Source of the DNA: Fimbriimonadales bacterium
Lineage (GTDB): Bacteria; Armatimonadota; Fimbriimonadia; Fimbriimonadales; JABRVX01
Assembly (NCBI GenBank): GCA_045862955.1
Contig: BTVI01000053.1
Location: forward strand, 1-17,360
Direction: 5' to 3'
DNA: 17,360 nt
Position numbers and translations under genes: made by a program. Position 1 is the stretch's first letter. Each line of letters starts with the position of its first letter. The notes under the pieces were generated by a model. It saw only the letters and a program-made list of their open reading frames with translations. It made no database searches and had not been told where the DNA came from. Shown piece after piece: positions 17,106 through 17,360 of this stretch.

Positions 17106-17114
17106 TGAACCTGT

Positions 17115-17360
17115 CGCCATGCCAAACCTTGCGTCATGCTGCACCCTGCGTCATCCCAAACCTTGCGTCATGCTGCACCCAGCGCCATCCCACACCTAGC
17201 GCCACGCTGACCCTGACGTAATGCTGCACCTGACGTCTTCCCAAACCTTGCGTCATGCTGCACCCTGCGTCATCCCACACCTAGCGCTACGCTGACCCTG
17301 ACGTAATGCTGCACCTGACGTCTTCCCAAACCTTGCGTCATGCTGAACCTGACCCCATCC
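17115..17360 (+). repeat. Second 17-bp tandem array (14 full units, continues past the window edge)
   Basis: Same unit types and 17-bp phase as the first array, in a different order. Confidence 0.95.

Noticed and set aside
16310..17199. ORFs 16310-16558, 16677-16913, 16709-16969, 16822-17199 and similar
   Set aside because: They are translations of repeats; the 17-bp period is not a multiple of 3, and there are no protein motifs.
16435..17360. CRISPR array
   Set aside because: Units are contiguous 17-mers with no unique spacers, and no cas genes are in the window.

Overview
GC-rich bacterial chromosomal window, possibly Armatimonadota (inferred from the dockerin-like tail and prepilin-type gene). 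The left end carries a minus-strand Feo iron-uptake locus: FeoB split into GTPase and membrane ORFs, plus a small Cys-rich ORF missing from the ORF track. A long plus-strand run follows: orphan MalK/MsmX-type ATPase, RidA, gamma-glutamyltransferase, RodA, BirA, ECF sigma with zinc anti-sigma, LivF, and a DUF2993/LmeA-like protein. Next is a compact DUF488-DUF488-dual-OB cassette with its own promoter (candidate nucleic-acid conflict or repair system). After it come GcvT, a ferredoxin, a Zn-ribbon membrane protein, a secreted multi-OB/dockerin-like protein and a prepilin-type protein. The last ~1.1 kb is non-coding: two arrays of strictly phased 17-bp degenerate units that match one arm of an adjacent CGTC-type REP-like palindrome, each preceded by an identical 133-bp block (680-bp period). 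All family assignments are from motif recognition only; no searches were run.
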